DNA from: an uncultured Eubacteriales bacterium
Lineage (GTDB): Bacteria; Acidobacteriota; Aminicenantia; Aminicenantales; Aminicenantaceae
Reading direction: 5' to 3'
DNA length: 64,000 bases
Assembly (NCBI GenBank): GCA_964346815.1
Contig: CAYFWF010000043.1
Location: 2,850 to 66,849, forward strand
Of the stretch, positions 48,014 to 57,071 are shown one piece after another. The notes beneath the pieces were generated by a model. The model had not been told where the DNA came from, did not search any database, and worked only from the letters and a program-made list of their open reading frames with translations. The translations under genes and the position numbers were made by a program. Numbering within the stretch: the stretch's first letter is position 1; each line of letters begins with the position of its first letter.

Positions 48014-48919
48014 ATGAACCAAAAAGACATCCAGGAAAGAATCAAGAAGTTGCGGGAAGAACGCCATGCCGCTATCCTCGCTCATAATTATCAGATTGGC
48101 GAGGTGCAGGATGTGGCCGACTTCATCGGCGATTCGCTTGAATTGAGCCAAAAAGCCGCTGAGCTAGAAGCTGAGGTTATCGTTTTTTGTGGGGTCCATT
48201 TTATGGCTGAAACGGCCGCCATTCTCTCTCCTCAAAAGACTGTTCTGATGCCGGATATCCAAGCGGGATGTCCCATGGCAGACATGATCACTGCTAGAGA
48301 ACTGATCGAATGGAAGCAGCAGTACCCCGGAAGAAAAGTCGTGTGCTATGTGAATACTTCTGCTGAGGTAAAGGCAGAATGCGATATCTGTTGCACGTCC
48401 TCCAATGCTCTTCGGGTTGTTGAGTCCGTAGAGGGAGATGAGATCCTGTTTGCACCGGATAAAAATCTGGCTGCCTATGTCGCTCGTTTTACCGAAAAGA
48501 AGATCATCCCATGGGATGGATACTGTTATGTTCATCATAACATTTCGGCCCGGGATGTCAGATTGAAAAAAGAGATGTTTCCAGAGGCTGAGGTATGGGT
48601 TCATCCAGAGTGCCGTCCTGAGGTCATCGATCTGGCTGATAAGGTACTTTCTACTGGAAAAATGATCAGAGAAGCAAGCAATACGGCAAAAGCCGATATC
48701 TTAATTGGAACCGAAACGGGAATTATTTACAGGATGAAAAAAGAAAATCCTGAGAAAAATTTTCATCCAATCAAAGACTTAGCTGTGTGTGCGAATATGA
48801 AAAAAATCAATCTGAAAAAGGTATTGAGATCTTTAGAAGAAATGAAACATAGAGTCGAGGTTCCTCTTGAAATAAGCCAGAGAGCAAGAGGATCTATTGA
48901 AAAAATGGTAAAGATTTAG
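48014..48919 (+). CDS. nadA: quinolinate synthase
   Basis: 301 aa. NadA-typical ILAHNYQ, FCGVHFMAET and CPMA motifs. Confidence 0.9.
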   Translation: MNQKDIQERIKKLREERHAAILAHNYQIGEVQDVADFIGDSLELSQKAAELEAEVIVFCGVHFMAETAAILSPQKTVLMPDIQAGCPMADMITARELIEWKQQYPGRKVVCYVNTSAEVKAECDICCTSSNALRVVESVEGDEILFAPDKNLAAYVARFTEKKIIPWDGYCYVHHNISARDVRLKKEMFPEAEVWVHPECRPEVIDLADKVLSTGKMIREASNTAKADILIGTETGIIYRMKKENPEKNFHPIKDLAVCANMKKINLKKVLRSLEEMKHRVEVPLEISQRARGSIEKMVKI

Positions 48920-49047
48920 GAAGTTCTTATCCCTATTTTTTTGATGGGGTGGACACAGTGGGGATCAAGGGTCAGCCCAAGGAGCTTCATCTTGTACCGA
49001 GGAATACGGTCCAAAGGGGTACATTTGGCGCTTAAGGAGATTTCACG

Positions 49048-51168
49048 GTGAAACTTCCTCCCAAGATTCGGAAACGGGACGGTAATCTGGTTGATTTTGA
49101 TGAGCAGAAAATCGTTCGTGCTGTGCAGAGAGCAGCTTTCGAGGTGCTTATGGATGAGGAGAAATCTGAGGAAATTGCGCGAACAGCCTCCCGAGGTGTC
49201 CTCACGAAGATCGCTTCATCCTATATTGAAGAGATCCCTACTGTGGAGAACATTCAAGATATCGTGGAGGAAGTCTTGATGGATATGGGATACCGCTCGA
49301 TTGCCAGGAGCTACATTCTCTATAGGCAGGAGCATCAGTATATCCGTCGTGTCAAGGTGATCTATGGGGTAAGGGATGATCTCAAACTGCCTCTGAACAC
49401 CTTGCTTGTCCTGAAAAAAAGATATCTGCTGAAGGATGAGAAACAGAATGTGATAGAAAGCCCCAGAGAACTGTTTTTTCGAGTAGCCAAGGCAGTAAGC
49501 GAAGCCGAGGATGATTTTCCATCTAAAATGAGGAAACAGGAGGTGGAGGAGAAATTTTTACGGATGATGAGCAGGCTGGAATTTATGCCAAATTCGCCAA
49601 CACTTATGAACGCAGGAACATCCTTGGGACAATTATCTGCTTGCTTCGTTCTCCCTGTTGAGGATTCTATCGAGGGGATCTTCGATTCATTGAAGAGTAT
49701 GGCTCTGATTCATCAGACAGGAGGAGGAACGGGCTTTGATTTCTCCCGCCTCAGACCGGCAGGTGACCTGGTCTCGACGACAAAAGGGAGCGCTTCTGGC
49801 CCGGTTTCTTTCATGAGCATATTCAATCAGGCAACAGGCGTTATTGTTCAGGGGGGGAGGCGCAGGGGAGCGAATATGGGAATCCTGCGCTGCGACCATC
49901 CTGATATCGAGAGCTTTATCGAAGGCAAACTCGAAGAAGGAGCCTTTTCAAACTTCAATCTTTCTGTGGGAATAACCGACAGGTTTATGGAAGCAGCGAA
50001 CAAGAATGAAAAATTTGATCTGATCAATCCACGGACAAAAGAAAAGGCGAAATCTCTCAAGGCAAAATCTCTGTTCGACCTGATTGTTTATTCTGCCTGG
50101 CGCTCAGGAGATCCGGGATTGGTATTTTTGGATGAAATCAACCGGTATAATCCAACGCCTCATCTGGGTCGAATCCAAGCGACTAATCCCTGCGGGGAGA
50201 TTCCTCTTCTTCCTTATGAGAGCTGCAATCTGGCCTCTCTTGACATATCAAAATTCATGAAAAACGGAGCAGTGGATTGGGATAAGCTGGAGGAGGCTGT
50301 CCAATGGGGAGTCCGTTTTCTGGACGATGTCATCGAAATCAACAATTATCCTTTGCCTCAGATCCAAGAGATGACCCTGGCTAACCGGAAAATTGGCCTT
50401 GGAATCATGGGATTCGCTGATATCCTTATAAAATTGGGGATTCCCTACACCAGCACAGAGGCTGTCTCTATGGCTTCCAAACTCATGAGTTTTATTCGGC
50501 AGGCTTCACTCAAAGCTTCGGCAGAACTGGCTGAAGAAAGAGGACCATTTCCTAATTATGAACGCTCGATTTATCCTCAAAAAAAACTTCGGCTTCGGAA
50601 TGCCACGGTCAATACAATCGCCCCGACCGGAACGATCAGCATCATCGCGGGATGTTCTAGTGGAATCGAGCCTTTGTTCGCATTGAGTTATGTCCGTAAT
50701 GTTCTATCTGGAGCAAGGTTGTTCGAAACACATCCCTTGTTCGAAATGGAGCTTCGGCAGAGGGGGTTGTATTCCAAGGAACTCATGGCCGAGATCGGGA
50801 GGACGGGATCTCTCCAGGACATCGATGTCATTCCAGATGATTTGAAAAAGATTTTCATCACATCCTTTGATGTCCCCCCAGAAGCTCACATCCAGATACA
50901 AGCTGCTTTTCAGGAACATACTGATAATTCTGTTTCAAAGACAATTAATCTCCCTTCGGATGGGACTGTGGAGGATGTCAGAAACATTTTTGCCCTTGCA
51001 CATGAATTGAAATGCAAAGGCATCACTGTCTACCGGTACGGAACGAAAAGGGGACAGGTCTTATCCTTCGATTCAAGATCCGAAGGAGAGCGGGAGGAGG
51101 ATCTGAACTTCATCACTGCCGCATCCGAATACTCAGGAGGCTGTCATTCCGGCCAATGCCTTTTCTAA
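49048..51168 (+). CDS. nrdJ: adenosylcobalamin-dependent (class II) ribonucleotide reductase with N-terminal ATP-cone
   Basis: 706 aa. GTG start with AAGGAG RBS. ATP-cone at the N-terminus. NPCGEIPL active-site motif. Confidence 0.9.
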   Translation: MKLPPKIRKRDGNLVDFDEQKIVRAVQRAAFEVLMDEEKSEEIARTASRGVLTKIASSYIEEIPTVENIQDIVEEVLMDMGYRSIARSYILYRQEHQYIRRVKVIYGVRDDLKLPLNTLLVLKKRYLLKDEKQNVIESPRELFFRVAKAVSEAEDDFPSKMRKQEVEEKFLRMMSRLEFMPNSPTLMNAGTSLGQLSACFVLPVEDSIEGIFDSLKSMALIHQTGGGTGFDFSRLRPAGDLVSTTKGSASGPVSFMSIFNQATGVIVQGGRRRGANMGILRCDHPDIESFIEGKLEEGAFSNFNLSVGITDRFMEAANKNEKFDLINPRTKEKAKSLKAKSLFDLIVYSAWRSGDPGLVFLDEINRYNPTPHLGRIQATNPCGEIPLLPYESCNLASLDISKFMKNGAVDWDKLEEAVQWGVRFLDDVIEINNYPLPQIQEMTLANRKIGLGIMGFADILIKLGIPYTSTEAVSMASKLMSFIRQASLKASAELAEERGPFPNYERSIYPQKKLRLRNATVNTIAPTGTISIIAGCSSGIEPLFALSYVRNVLSGARLFETHPLFEMELRQRGLYSKELMAEIGRTGSLQDIDVIPDDLKKIFITSFDVPPEAHIQIQAAFQEHTDNSVSKTINLPSDGTVEDVRNIFALAHELKCKGITVYRYGTKRGQVLSFDSRSEGEREEDLNFITAASEYSGGCHSGQCLF

Positions 51169-51180
51169 ATGAGGAGAAAA

Positions 51181-51843
51181 ATGGAAAAAGCTGAGAGAAG
51201 AATTAGAGAAATCATTGATCTCTTGACAAAAGCCTATCCAAAGAGCCGGACAGCACTGAGGTTCGAAACACCCCTCCAGATTCTTGTTGCGACGATTTTG
51301 TCTGCTCAATGCACGGATGAAAAGGTCAACCAGGTCACACCGTTCCTTTTTCGTAAGTATCCGGCAGCTTTGGATTTTGCTCAGGCTGATCCCAAGACTC
51401 TAGAAGATGAGATTCGAGCCACAGGATTTTTCCGGAATAAAGCCAGAAACATCATAAATGCGTCAAAGAAGATAGTTGCGGACTTCGGTGGAGAAGTCCC
51501 CGATAATATGGCGTCTTTGATTACACTGCCAGGCGTCGCGAGGAAAACAGCAAACATCGTGCTCTCGAGTGCATATAAAAAATCTGAAGGGATTGCCGTG
51601 GATACTCATGTTAAAAGGCTCTCCCATAGGTTAGGTTTGAGTAATCATAAGAATCCAGATAAGATCGAACAGGATCTCATGGCAATTATTCCCAAGAAAG
51701 ACTGGATCGATTTCAACTATATGCTGGTCAATCATGGGAGAAAGGTTTGTCAAGCACGTAAGCCAAATTGTCCCGAATGCGTATTGAAACATCTTTGCCC
51801 TTCGGCAAAAGAATATTTTCCTGACCTGGAATTGCCTCGTTGA
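51181..51843 (+). CDS. nth: endonuclease III
   Basis: HhH-GPD motif (LPGVARKTANIVL) and a C-terminal 4Fe-4S loop CQARKPNCPECVLKHLC. The ATG at 51181 with a GAGGAG RBS is preferred over the overlapping ATG at 51169. Confidence 0.9.
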   Translation: MEKAERRIREIIDLLTKAYPKSRTALRFETPLQILVATILSAQCTDEKVNQVTPFLFRKYPAALDFAQADPKTLEDEIRATGFFRNKARNIINASKKIVADFGGEVPDNMASLITLPGVARKTANIVLSSAYKKSEGIAVDTHVKRLSHRLGLSNHKNPDKIEQDLMAIIPKKDWIDFNYMLVNHGRKVCQARKPNCPECVLKHLCPSAKEYFPDLELPR

Positions 51844-51942
51844 GCCGGGATTTTTCTCGAGGTTCTACATTTTTGTTTAACATCCAGAAAATCATGGGAA
51901 CATTTTGATAAGAAAGTTCATGAGATGTCGGTTGCTTGATGT

Positions 51943-51971
51943 TTGATTTGTCGACTGCCGCAAGTTATATA
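51943..51971 (+). promoter_or_regulatory. putative sigma70 promoter TTGATT-N17-TATATA upstream of the radical SAM gene
   Basis: Hexamers read directly about 70 nt upstream of the ATG at 52043. Confidence 0.3.
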
Positions 51972-52042
51972 TAATAAGGAATGTAGCGGTGATGGAATGA
52001 CTCAGCGGAAGCCGGCAAAATAAGCAGGGAAAAGGAATCAAC

Positions 52043-53062
52043 ATGGAAAAAGAAGCCATGCTTTATCGCACCTCAGAGGGGCAGAAAGTATCCTGCTTCC
52101 TCTGCCACCACAATTGCGAGATTGCGCCTTCTAAATTCGGTGTCTGTAGAGTCAGACAAAACAGAGGAGGAATACTTTATACCCAGGTCTACGGAGATGT
52201 CATTGCAGCCCATGTAGATCCCATAGAGAAAAAACCCCTCTACCATTTTTTACCAGGCACCCGGTCCTTCTCGATTGCGACTATGGGGTGCAATTTTCGA
52301 TGTCCCTTTTGTCAGAACTGGCAGATTTCTCAAGTGTCGAAAAGAAAAGAATCTCTGGCTGCGGGTCAGGAGTTGCTACCGGAGGAAGTTATCCAGGCGG
52401 CAAAAAAACATGGCTGCCAAAGCATTTCCTATACTTACACCGAACCCACAATTTATTTCGAGTACGCTTACGATGCAGCGAAGTTAGCCGAAAAGGATGG
52501 ATTGGCCAATGTATTTGTTACCAACGGGTACATGAGCCGAGACGCCCTGGAGACGATAAGGCCTTATCTCAGCGCCTGCAATGTAGACCTTAAGGCTTTC
52601 AGCGAAAGCTTCTATAAGAAAATGTGCGGGGCTCGTCTGCAGCCGGTGCTGGATTCCATCCGTCGGATGAAAGACATGGATATATGGGTGGAAATCACCA
52701 CTCTCATTGTCCCCGGCCAGAATGACAGTGAAGAAGAGCTCGCCCGGATAGCCCGGTTCATTTCAGAACTGGACCCGGATATTCCCTGGCATATCAGCCG
52801 CTTCCATCCCGATTATAAATACACCGACGCCCCCGCAACCTCTTTAGATTCGTTACGCCAGGCATACACCATCGGAAAAAAGGAAGGCATTCATTATATA
52901 TATATCGGGAATGTCATTGGAGAATCTGAAGGAACAGTGTGCCCCAAATGCAAAAAAAATCTGATCCGCAGGCAGGGATTTTACCTCTCTGAGAATAAAA
53001 TCAGAAATGGACGGTGTCCCTTCTGTCAGACTTCGATAGCAGGAATTTTTTCAGATGTATGA
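52043..53062 (+). CDS. radical SAM enzyme of the AmmeMemoRadiSam (AmrS) type
   Basis: 339 aa. N-terminal region LYRTSEGQKVSCFLCHHNCEIAPSKFGVCRVRQNRGGILYT, CNFRCPFCQNW radical SAM motif and a C-terminal CxxC...CxxC. Confidence 0.7.
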   Translation: MEKEAMLYRTSEGQKVSCFLCHHNCEIAPSKFGVCRVRQNRGGILYTQVYGDVIAAHVDPIEKKPLYHFLPGTRSFSIATMGCNFRCPFCQNWQISQVSKRKESLAAGQELLPEEVIQAAKKHGCQSISYTYTEPTIYFEYAYDAAKLAEKDGLANVFVTNGYMSRDALETIRPYLSACNVDLKAFSESFYKKMCGARLQPVLDSIRRMKDMDIWVEITTLIVPGQNDSEEELARIARFISELDPDIPWHISRFHPDYKYTDAPATSLDSLRQAYTIGKKEGIHYIYIGNVIGESEGTVCPKCKKNLIRRQGFYLSENKIRNGRCPFCQTSIAGIFSDV

Positions 53063-53082
53063 TTAGAGGATGGTTGAGATCG

Positions 53083-54441
53083 ATGAAAAACCTGGCTTTG
53101 TTCACAGACCTATATGAATTGACCATGGCCGCTTCTTATTTCGACCACGGGATGGATGAATCCGCCAGCTTCAGTCTTTTTGTTCGCAACTACCCTCCTT
53201 TTCGGAGCTATTTTGTCTGTGCCGGTTTGGATGAAGCTCTTCATTTTCTGGAGGATCTCAGATTTTCCTCTGACGATTTGGATTATTTAAAGGAGTCAGG
53301 CCTTTTCAAGGCAAGCTTTTTGTCCTATCTGAAGAAGTTCCGGTTCACCGGCGAAGTCCATGCCATCCCTGAGGGCCGCCTCTTTTTTGTAAACGAGCCC
53401 ATCTTGGAAGTGAGGGCGCCTCTTATAGAAGCGCAAATCGTTGAGACTTTTCTCATCAATGCCGTCGGTCTTCAAACCCTGATCGCAACCAAAGCCTCTC
53501 GCTGTGTTCATGCAGCCGGTTCCAGGAAATTGGTGGATTTCTCTTTGCGGCGCACCCAGGGAACTGACGCGGGAATGAAGGTCGCCCGGGCAAGTTATAT
53601 CGGAGGATTTACCGGAACGAGCAACGTTTTAGCGGGAAAGGTTTTCGGACTGCCCACATTCGGGACCATGGCCCATTCTTATGTCACCAGCTTCGAGAAC
53701 GAAATGGAGGCATTCCGTGCTTTTGCCCGCAGCTTTCCTGACAACGTCATCCTTCTCATTGATACCTATGATACTCTATCCGGTGCGAAGAAAGCTGTAG
53801 AAGCTGCAAAGGAGATGGCCCAGGAAGGAGTAAACCTTAAAGGAGTGAGGTTGGACAGCGGAGATATGGCTCAACTCAGCAAGGAGGTTCGTAAAATCCT
53901 GAAAAAAGACGGACTTGGAAAGACAATAATTTTTGCCAGCGGCGGTTTCGACGAATTCAAAATCAAGAAAGTCCTGGAAGAAGGCGGAGACATCGACTCC
54001 TTCGGAGTGGGGACAAAGATGGGGGTATCGGCAGATGCCCCTTATTTGGATATGGCCTATAAACTTGTCAAATACGATGGCCACCCTGTTCTCAAACTGA
54101 GTCCTGGGAAACAAACCCTTGCCGCCGATAAGCAAGTCTTCCGTTTCACCACCTCTGAAGGGAAACTGAAAAAAGATATCATTGCCCTGAGAGAAGAGAG
54201 ATTAAAGGGAGGTGAGCCTTTACTCAAGAGAGTGATGAGGGGAGGGAAGATCGTCAAAAGATCTCCTTCTTTATCCCGTATCCAAAGAATCTTTCGAGAT
54301 GAATTTTCAAAATTGGATGAGCGATTCAAATCCATCGAAAAGAAGAAATGTGAATATCCGGTTCTCCTGTCTCCAAAGTTGAAGTCACTCCAATCGCAAG
54401 TGATCAAGAAGTACAAACGGAAGGAACTAGGAGAAAGTTGA
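53083..54441 (+). CDS. pncB: nicotinate phosphoribosyltransferase
   Basis: Start at MKNLALFTDLYELTMA, the typical PncB N-terminus. 452 aa. Confidence 0.85.
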   Translation: MKNLALFTDLYELTMAASYFDHGMDESASFSLFVRNYPPFRSYFVCAGLDEALHFLEDLRFSSDDLDYLKESGLFKASFLSYLKKFRFTGEVHAIPEGRLFFVNEPILEVRAPLIEAQIVETFLINAVGLQTLIATKASRCVHAAGSRKLVDFSLRRTQGTDAGMKVARASYIGGFTGTSNVLAGKVFGLPTFGTMAHSYVTSFENEMEAFRAFARSFPDNVILLIDTYDTLSGAKKAVEAAKEMAQEGVNLKGVRLDSGDMAQLSKEVRKILKKDGLGKTIIFASGGFDEFKIKKVLEEGGDIDSFGVGTKMGVSADAPYLDMAYKLVKYDGHPVLKLSPGKQTLAADKQVFRFTTSEGKLKKDIIALREERLKGGEPLLKRVMRGGKIVKRSPSLSRIQRIFRDEFSKLDERFKSIEKKKCEYPVLLSPKLKSLQSQVIKKYKRKELGES

Positions 54442-54864
54442 ATGAAAAAATACAAGTTTCTTCGTCATACGGCCGATGCAAAGTTTCAAGCCTTCGGGGA
54501 TACTCTGGAAGAGGCGTTTCAGCACGCAGCTTTGGCCTTGGTCTCTTTGATGTGGGATTGGGAAAAAGTCGACGACAAGATAAAGTTCCCAGTCAAGGTA
54601 AAGGGCCAAGATATGAAACAGCTTCTGGTCAATTATTTGGAAGAGATACTGTATTTGTTTGATACGAGGAGATTTCTGCTGCATCAGGTCGATGATATCT
54701 CCATCCAAAAGAAAAAGGGTCAATATGTCCTTAGGGCTCTCTTTAGAGGCGGTGAATATTCTAGCGATACCGAAATCTTTGGAGATGTGAAAGCCATAAC
54801 TTATAATGAAATGGAAATCAAGAGAACCGCGCCATTTAAGATTCAAGTTGTGGCAGATGTGTGA
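54442..54864 (+). CDS. archease
   Basis: 140 aa. N-terminal FLRHTADAKFQAFG archease signature. Confidence 0.85.
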   Translation: MKKYKFLRHTADAKFQAFGDTLEEAFQHAALALVSLMWDWEKVDDKIKFPVKVKGQDMKQLLVNYLEEILYLFDTRRFLLHQVDDISIQKKKGQYVLRALFRGGEYSSDTEIFGDVKAITYNEMEIKRTAPFKIQVVADV

Positions 54865-54873
54865 GGTGATACC

Positions 54874-56295
54874 ATGGAATTGAAAAAAATAAACGAATTC
54901 AGTTGGGAAATCCCCAAACACGATGATATGAACGTTCCGGCTATCATATACGCTTCTGATAAGCTGCTCCAGGGGGTAAAGCAGGACCGGACCTTACAGC
55001 AGGCAAAGAATGTAGCCTGTTTACGAGGCATTCAGAGGAGAGCCTTTGTTATGCCAGATGCGCACCAGGGCTATGGTTTTCCGATAGGAGGGGTTGCCGC
55101 TTTTGATCTTGATGAAGGGATCATCTCTCCCGGAGGAGTAGGCTATGATATCAACTGTGGCGTTCGTTTGCTGCGGACCGATTTTACAGAGGAACAAGTG
55201 CTTAAAGAGAGAACCCAGCTTCTGTTGGAGATTTTTAAGGAAGTGCCAGCAGGGGTTGGGAAGGGAGGGACGATCCGATTGAGCAAGAGAGTGCTTGAGG
55301 AGGTCTGTGCCAAAGGAGCCGAGTGGGCGGTAGAAAATGGATACGGGAGAAAGGATGATTTGTTGAAGACGGAAGAAAACGGAAGGATGAAAGAAGCAGA
55401 CCCGAGTTTTCTATCCAAGCGAGCAGTAGAAAGGGGGATTCCCCAATTGGGAACACTCGGTGCCGGAAATCATTTCTTAGAGATCCAAAAGGTCCAAGAA
55501 ATTTTTGATGGAGACGTTGCCGGTACCTTTGGGATTCAGTCTCCAGGCCAAATCATGGTCATGATTCACTGTGGAAGCCGTGGACTTGGACATCAGGTGG
55601 CTTCTGATTACATAAGGTCTATGGAAAACAAATTTGGATCCAGAGGCTTGCCCGATAGAGAACTCATCAATGCTCCCATTCGTTCGGACTTAGGGACTCA
55701 ATACTACAAATCCATGAGTTCTGCCGTGAATTTTGCCTTTGCCAACCGTCAGATGATAGCCCATTGGGTCAGAGATGTCTTTTCCAAAATCATGGGCAGC
55801 GCAGAAGGGATGGATCAAGTTTATGATGTTTGTCATAATGTGGCCAAATTCGAGGAGCATGATATCGATGGAAAGATGAAAAAGGTCTGCATCCACAGAA
55901 AAGGGGCAACCAGAAGTTTTGGTCCTGGAAGGAAGGAAATACCACAGGTTTACAGGGATGTAGGACAGCCTGTTCTTATCCCAGGGAGTATGGGCACGGC
56001 TTCTTATATCCTCGTTGGTACTTCAGAAGCTGAAAAACTCAGTTTTGGATCTACAGCCCATGGTGCAGGACGAGTGATGTCCAGACACGAGGCTCTTCGC
56101 AGGTTCAGAGGCGAGAAGATCAAACAAGAACTGGAGAAGAAAGGGATTGAGCTTCGGTCCACCAGCTGGAAGGGGGTAGCAGAGGAGGCCGCCCAGGCCT
56201 ACAAGGATGTGGATGAAGTGGTAAGGATTTCCGATCAAGCGGGGATCGGGCGCCTCGTTGCGAAGGTCGTTCCTCTTGGTGTAATGAAGGGCTAG
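54874..56295 (+). CDS. rtcB: RNA-splicing ligase RtcB
   Basis: 473 aa. GVGYDINCGVRL, GAGNHF and His-rich metal-site motifs. Confidence 0.95.
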   Translation: MELKKINEFSWEIPKHDDMNVPAIIYASDKLLQGVKQDRTLQQAKNVACLRGIQRRAFVMPDAHQGYGFPIGGVAAFDLDEGIISPGGVGYDINCGVRLLRTDFTEEQVLKERTQLLLEIFKEVPAGVGKGGTIRLSKRVLEEVCAKGAEWAVENGYGRKDDLLKTEENGRMKEADPSFLSKRAVERGIPQLGTLGAGNHFLEIQKVQEIFDGDVAGTFGIQSPGQIMVMIHCGSRGLGHQVASDYIRSMENKFGSRGLPDRELINAPIRSDLGTQYYKSMSSAVNFAFANRQMIAHWVRDVFSKIMGSAEGMDQVYDVCHNVAKFEEHDIDGKMKKVCIHRKGATRSFGPGRKEIPQVYRDVGQPVLIPGSMGTASYILVGTSEAEKLSFGSTAHGAGRVMSRHEALRRFRGEKIKQELEKKGIELRSTSWKGVAEEAAQAYKDVDEVVRISDQAGIGRLVAKVVPLGVMKG

Positions 56296-56298
56296 ATT

Positions 56299-56790
56299 TC
56301 AGGTGATAATCTTATCGATATCTTTTTCAGCATAATCCTCGAAATCCTGCACCGCATCGTATTCGCTTTTCAGCATGACATAATGGCTGTGTTCGACCTT
56401 GCTTAAATAAAGAAGCAGCCTTTTTTTCTCTTTTTCTATCCTTTCTGAAAGTCGGGCATAAAACTCTTCAGCAGATTTCTCTGATTCCATCGCTTGGTAC
56501 AGAATATCTAATAAGGACGATGACGGGGTGATTTCAATACGTTTAAGGAGCTCTTCGCTCGGTTCGTCCGGTATTTGGACTTTCTGCCCTGAAAAGAGAG
56601 CTTCATGCAGCTTCATCAAAACCTGTTTATGATTGTTTTCCTCAAAAGCCAGCCATTGGAATTTTTCTTTGAGCAGGGGATTCGACACCCTGTCGACGAG
56701 ATCACTATATGCCTTATTCGAGTCCATCTCAGACCGAATGGCATAGGCTAAAAGGTCTTTTAGCGATGAGGTCGACACATCTAACATCAT
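56299..56790 (-). CDS. rubrerythrin-like/ferritin-like diiron-fold protein
   Basis: 163 aa. Two E..E..H-type motifs (FEENNHKQ and SKVEHSHYVM). It looks like a paralog of the gene at 36723-37169. Confidence 0.5.
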   Translation of the reverse strand: MMLDVSTSSLKDLLAYAIRSEMDSNKAYSDLVDRVSNPLLKEKFQWLAFEENNHKQVLMKLHEALFSGQKVQIPDEPSEELLKRIEITPSSSLLDILYQAMESEKSAEEFYARLSERIEKEKKRLLLYLSKVEHSHYVMLKSEYDAVQDFEDYAEKDIDKIIT

Positions 56791-57071
56791 TTTCTCCTTT
56801 ATTCAGCACGAAGATAGAATCCTCTCCGGCAAATTTTTTCTTTAACAAATCATTCTAATCTTTTATGGGAAAGTCGTAAAGTAAAAATGGAATTTTTCAT
56901 TTCTCAATCATCACTCATGAGAGGCTCCTTACCGATTGGATCGGGAAGAGGTGCCTGACTCGCTTCATCTCCTGTCTTTTTTTCTGACCGGTCTAGGGCT
57001 TGACTTGATGCCGACCCGACGAGGTTTTGCCTTAGAGCGAGTTGACTTTTTTTTCTTCAATTTCTATTGTA

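Noticed and set aside
48920-49047. Possible cobalamin riboswitch or NrdR box upstream of nrdJ
   Set aside because: The gap is only about 128 nt, with no B12-box-like GCCACTG core and no NrdR-type palindrome. Class II RNR would in any case not be expected to be B12-repressed.
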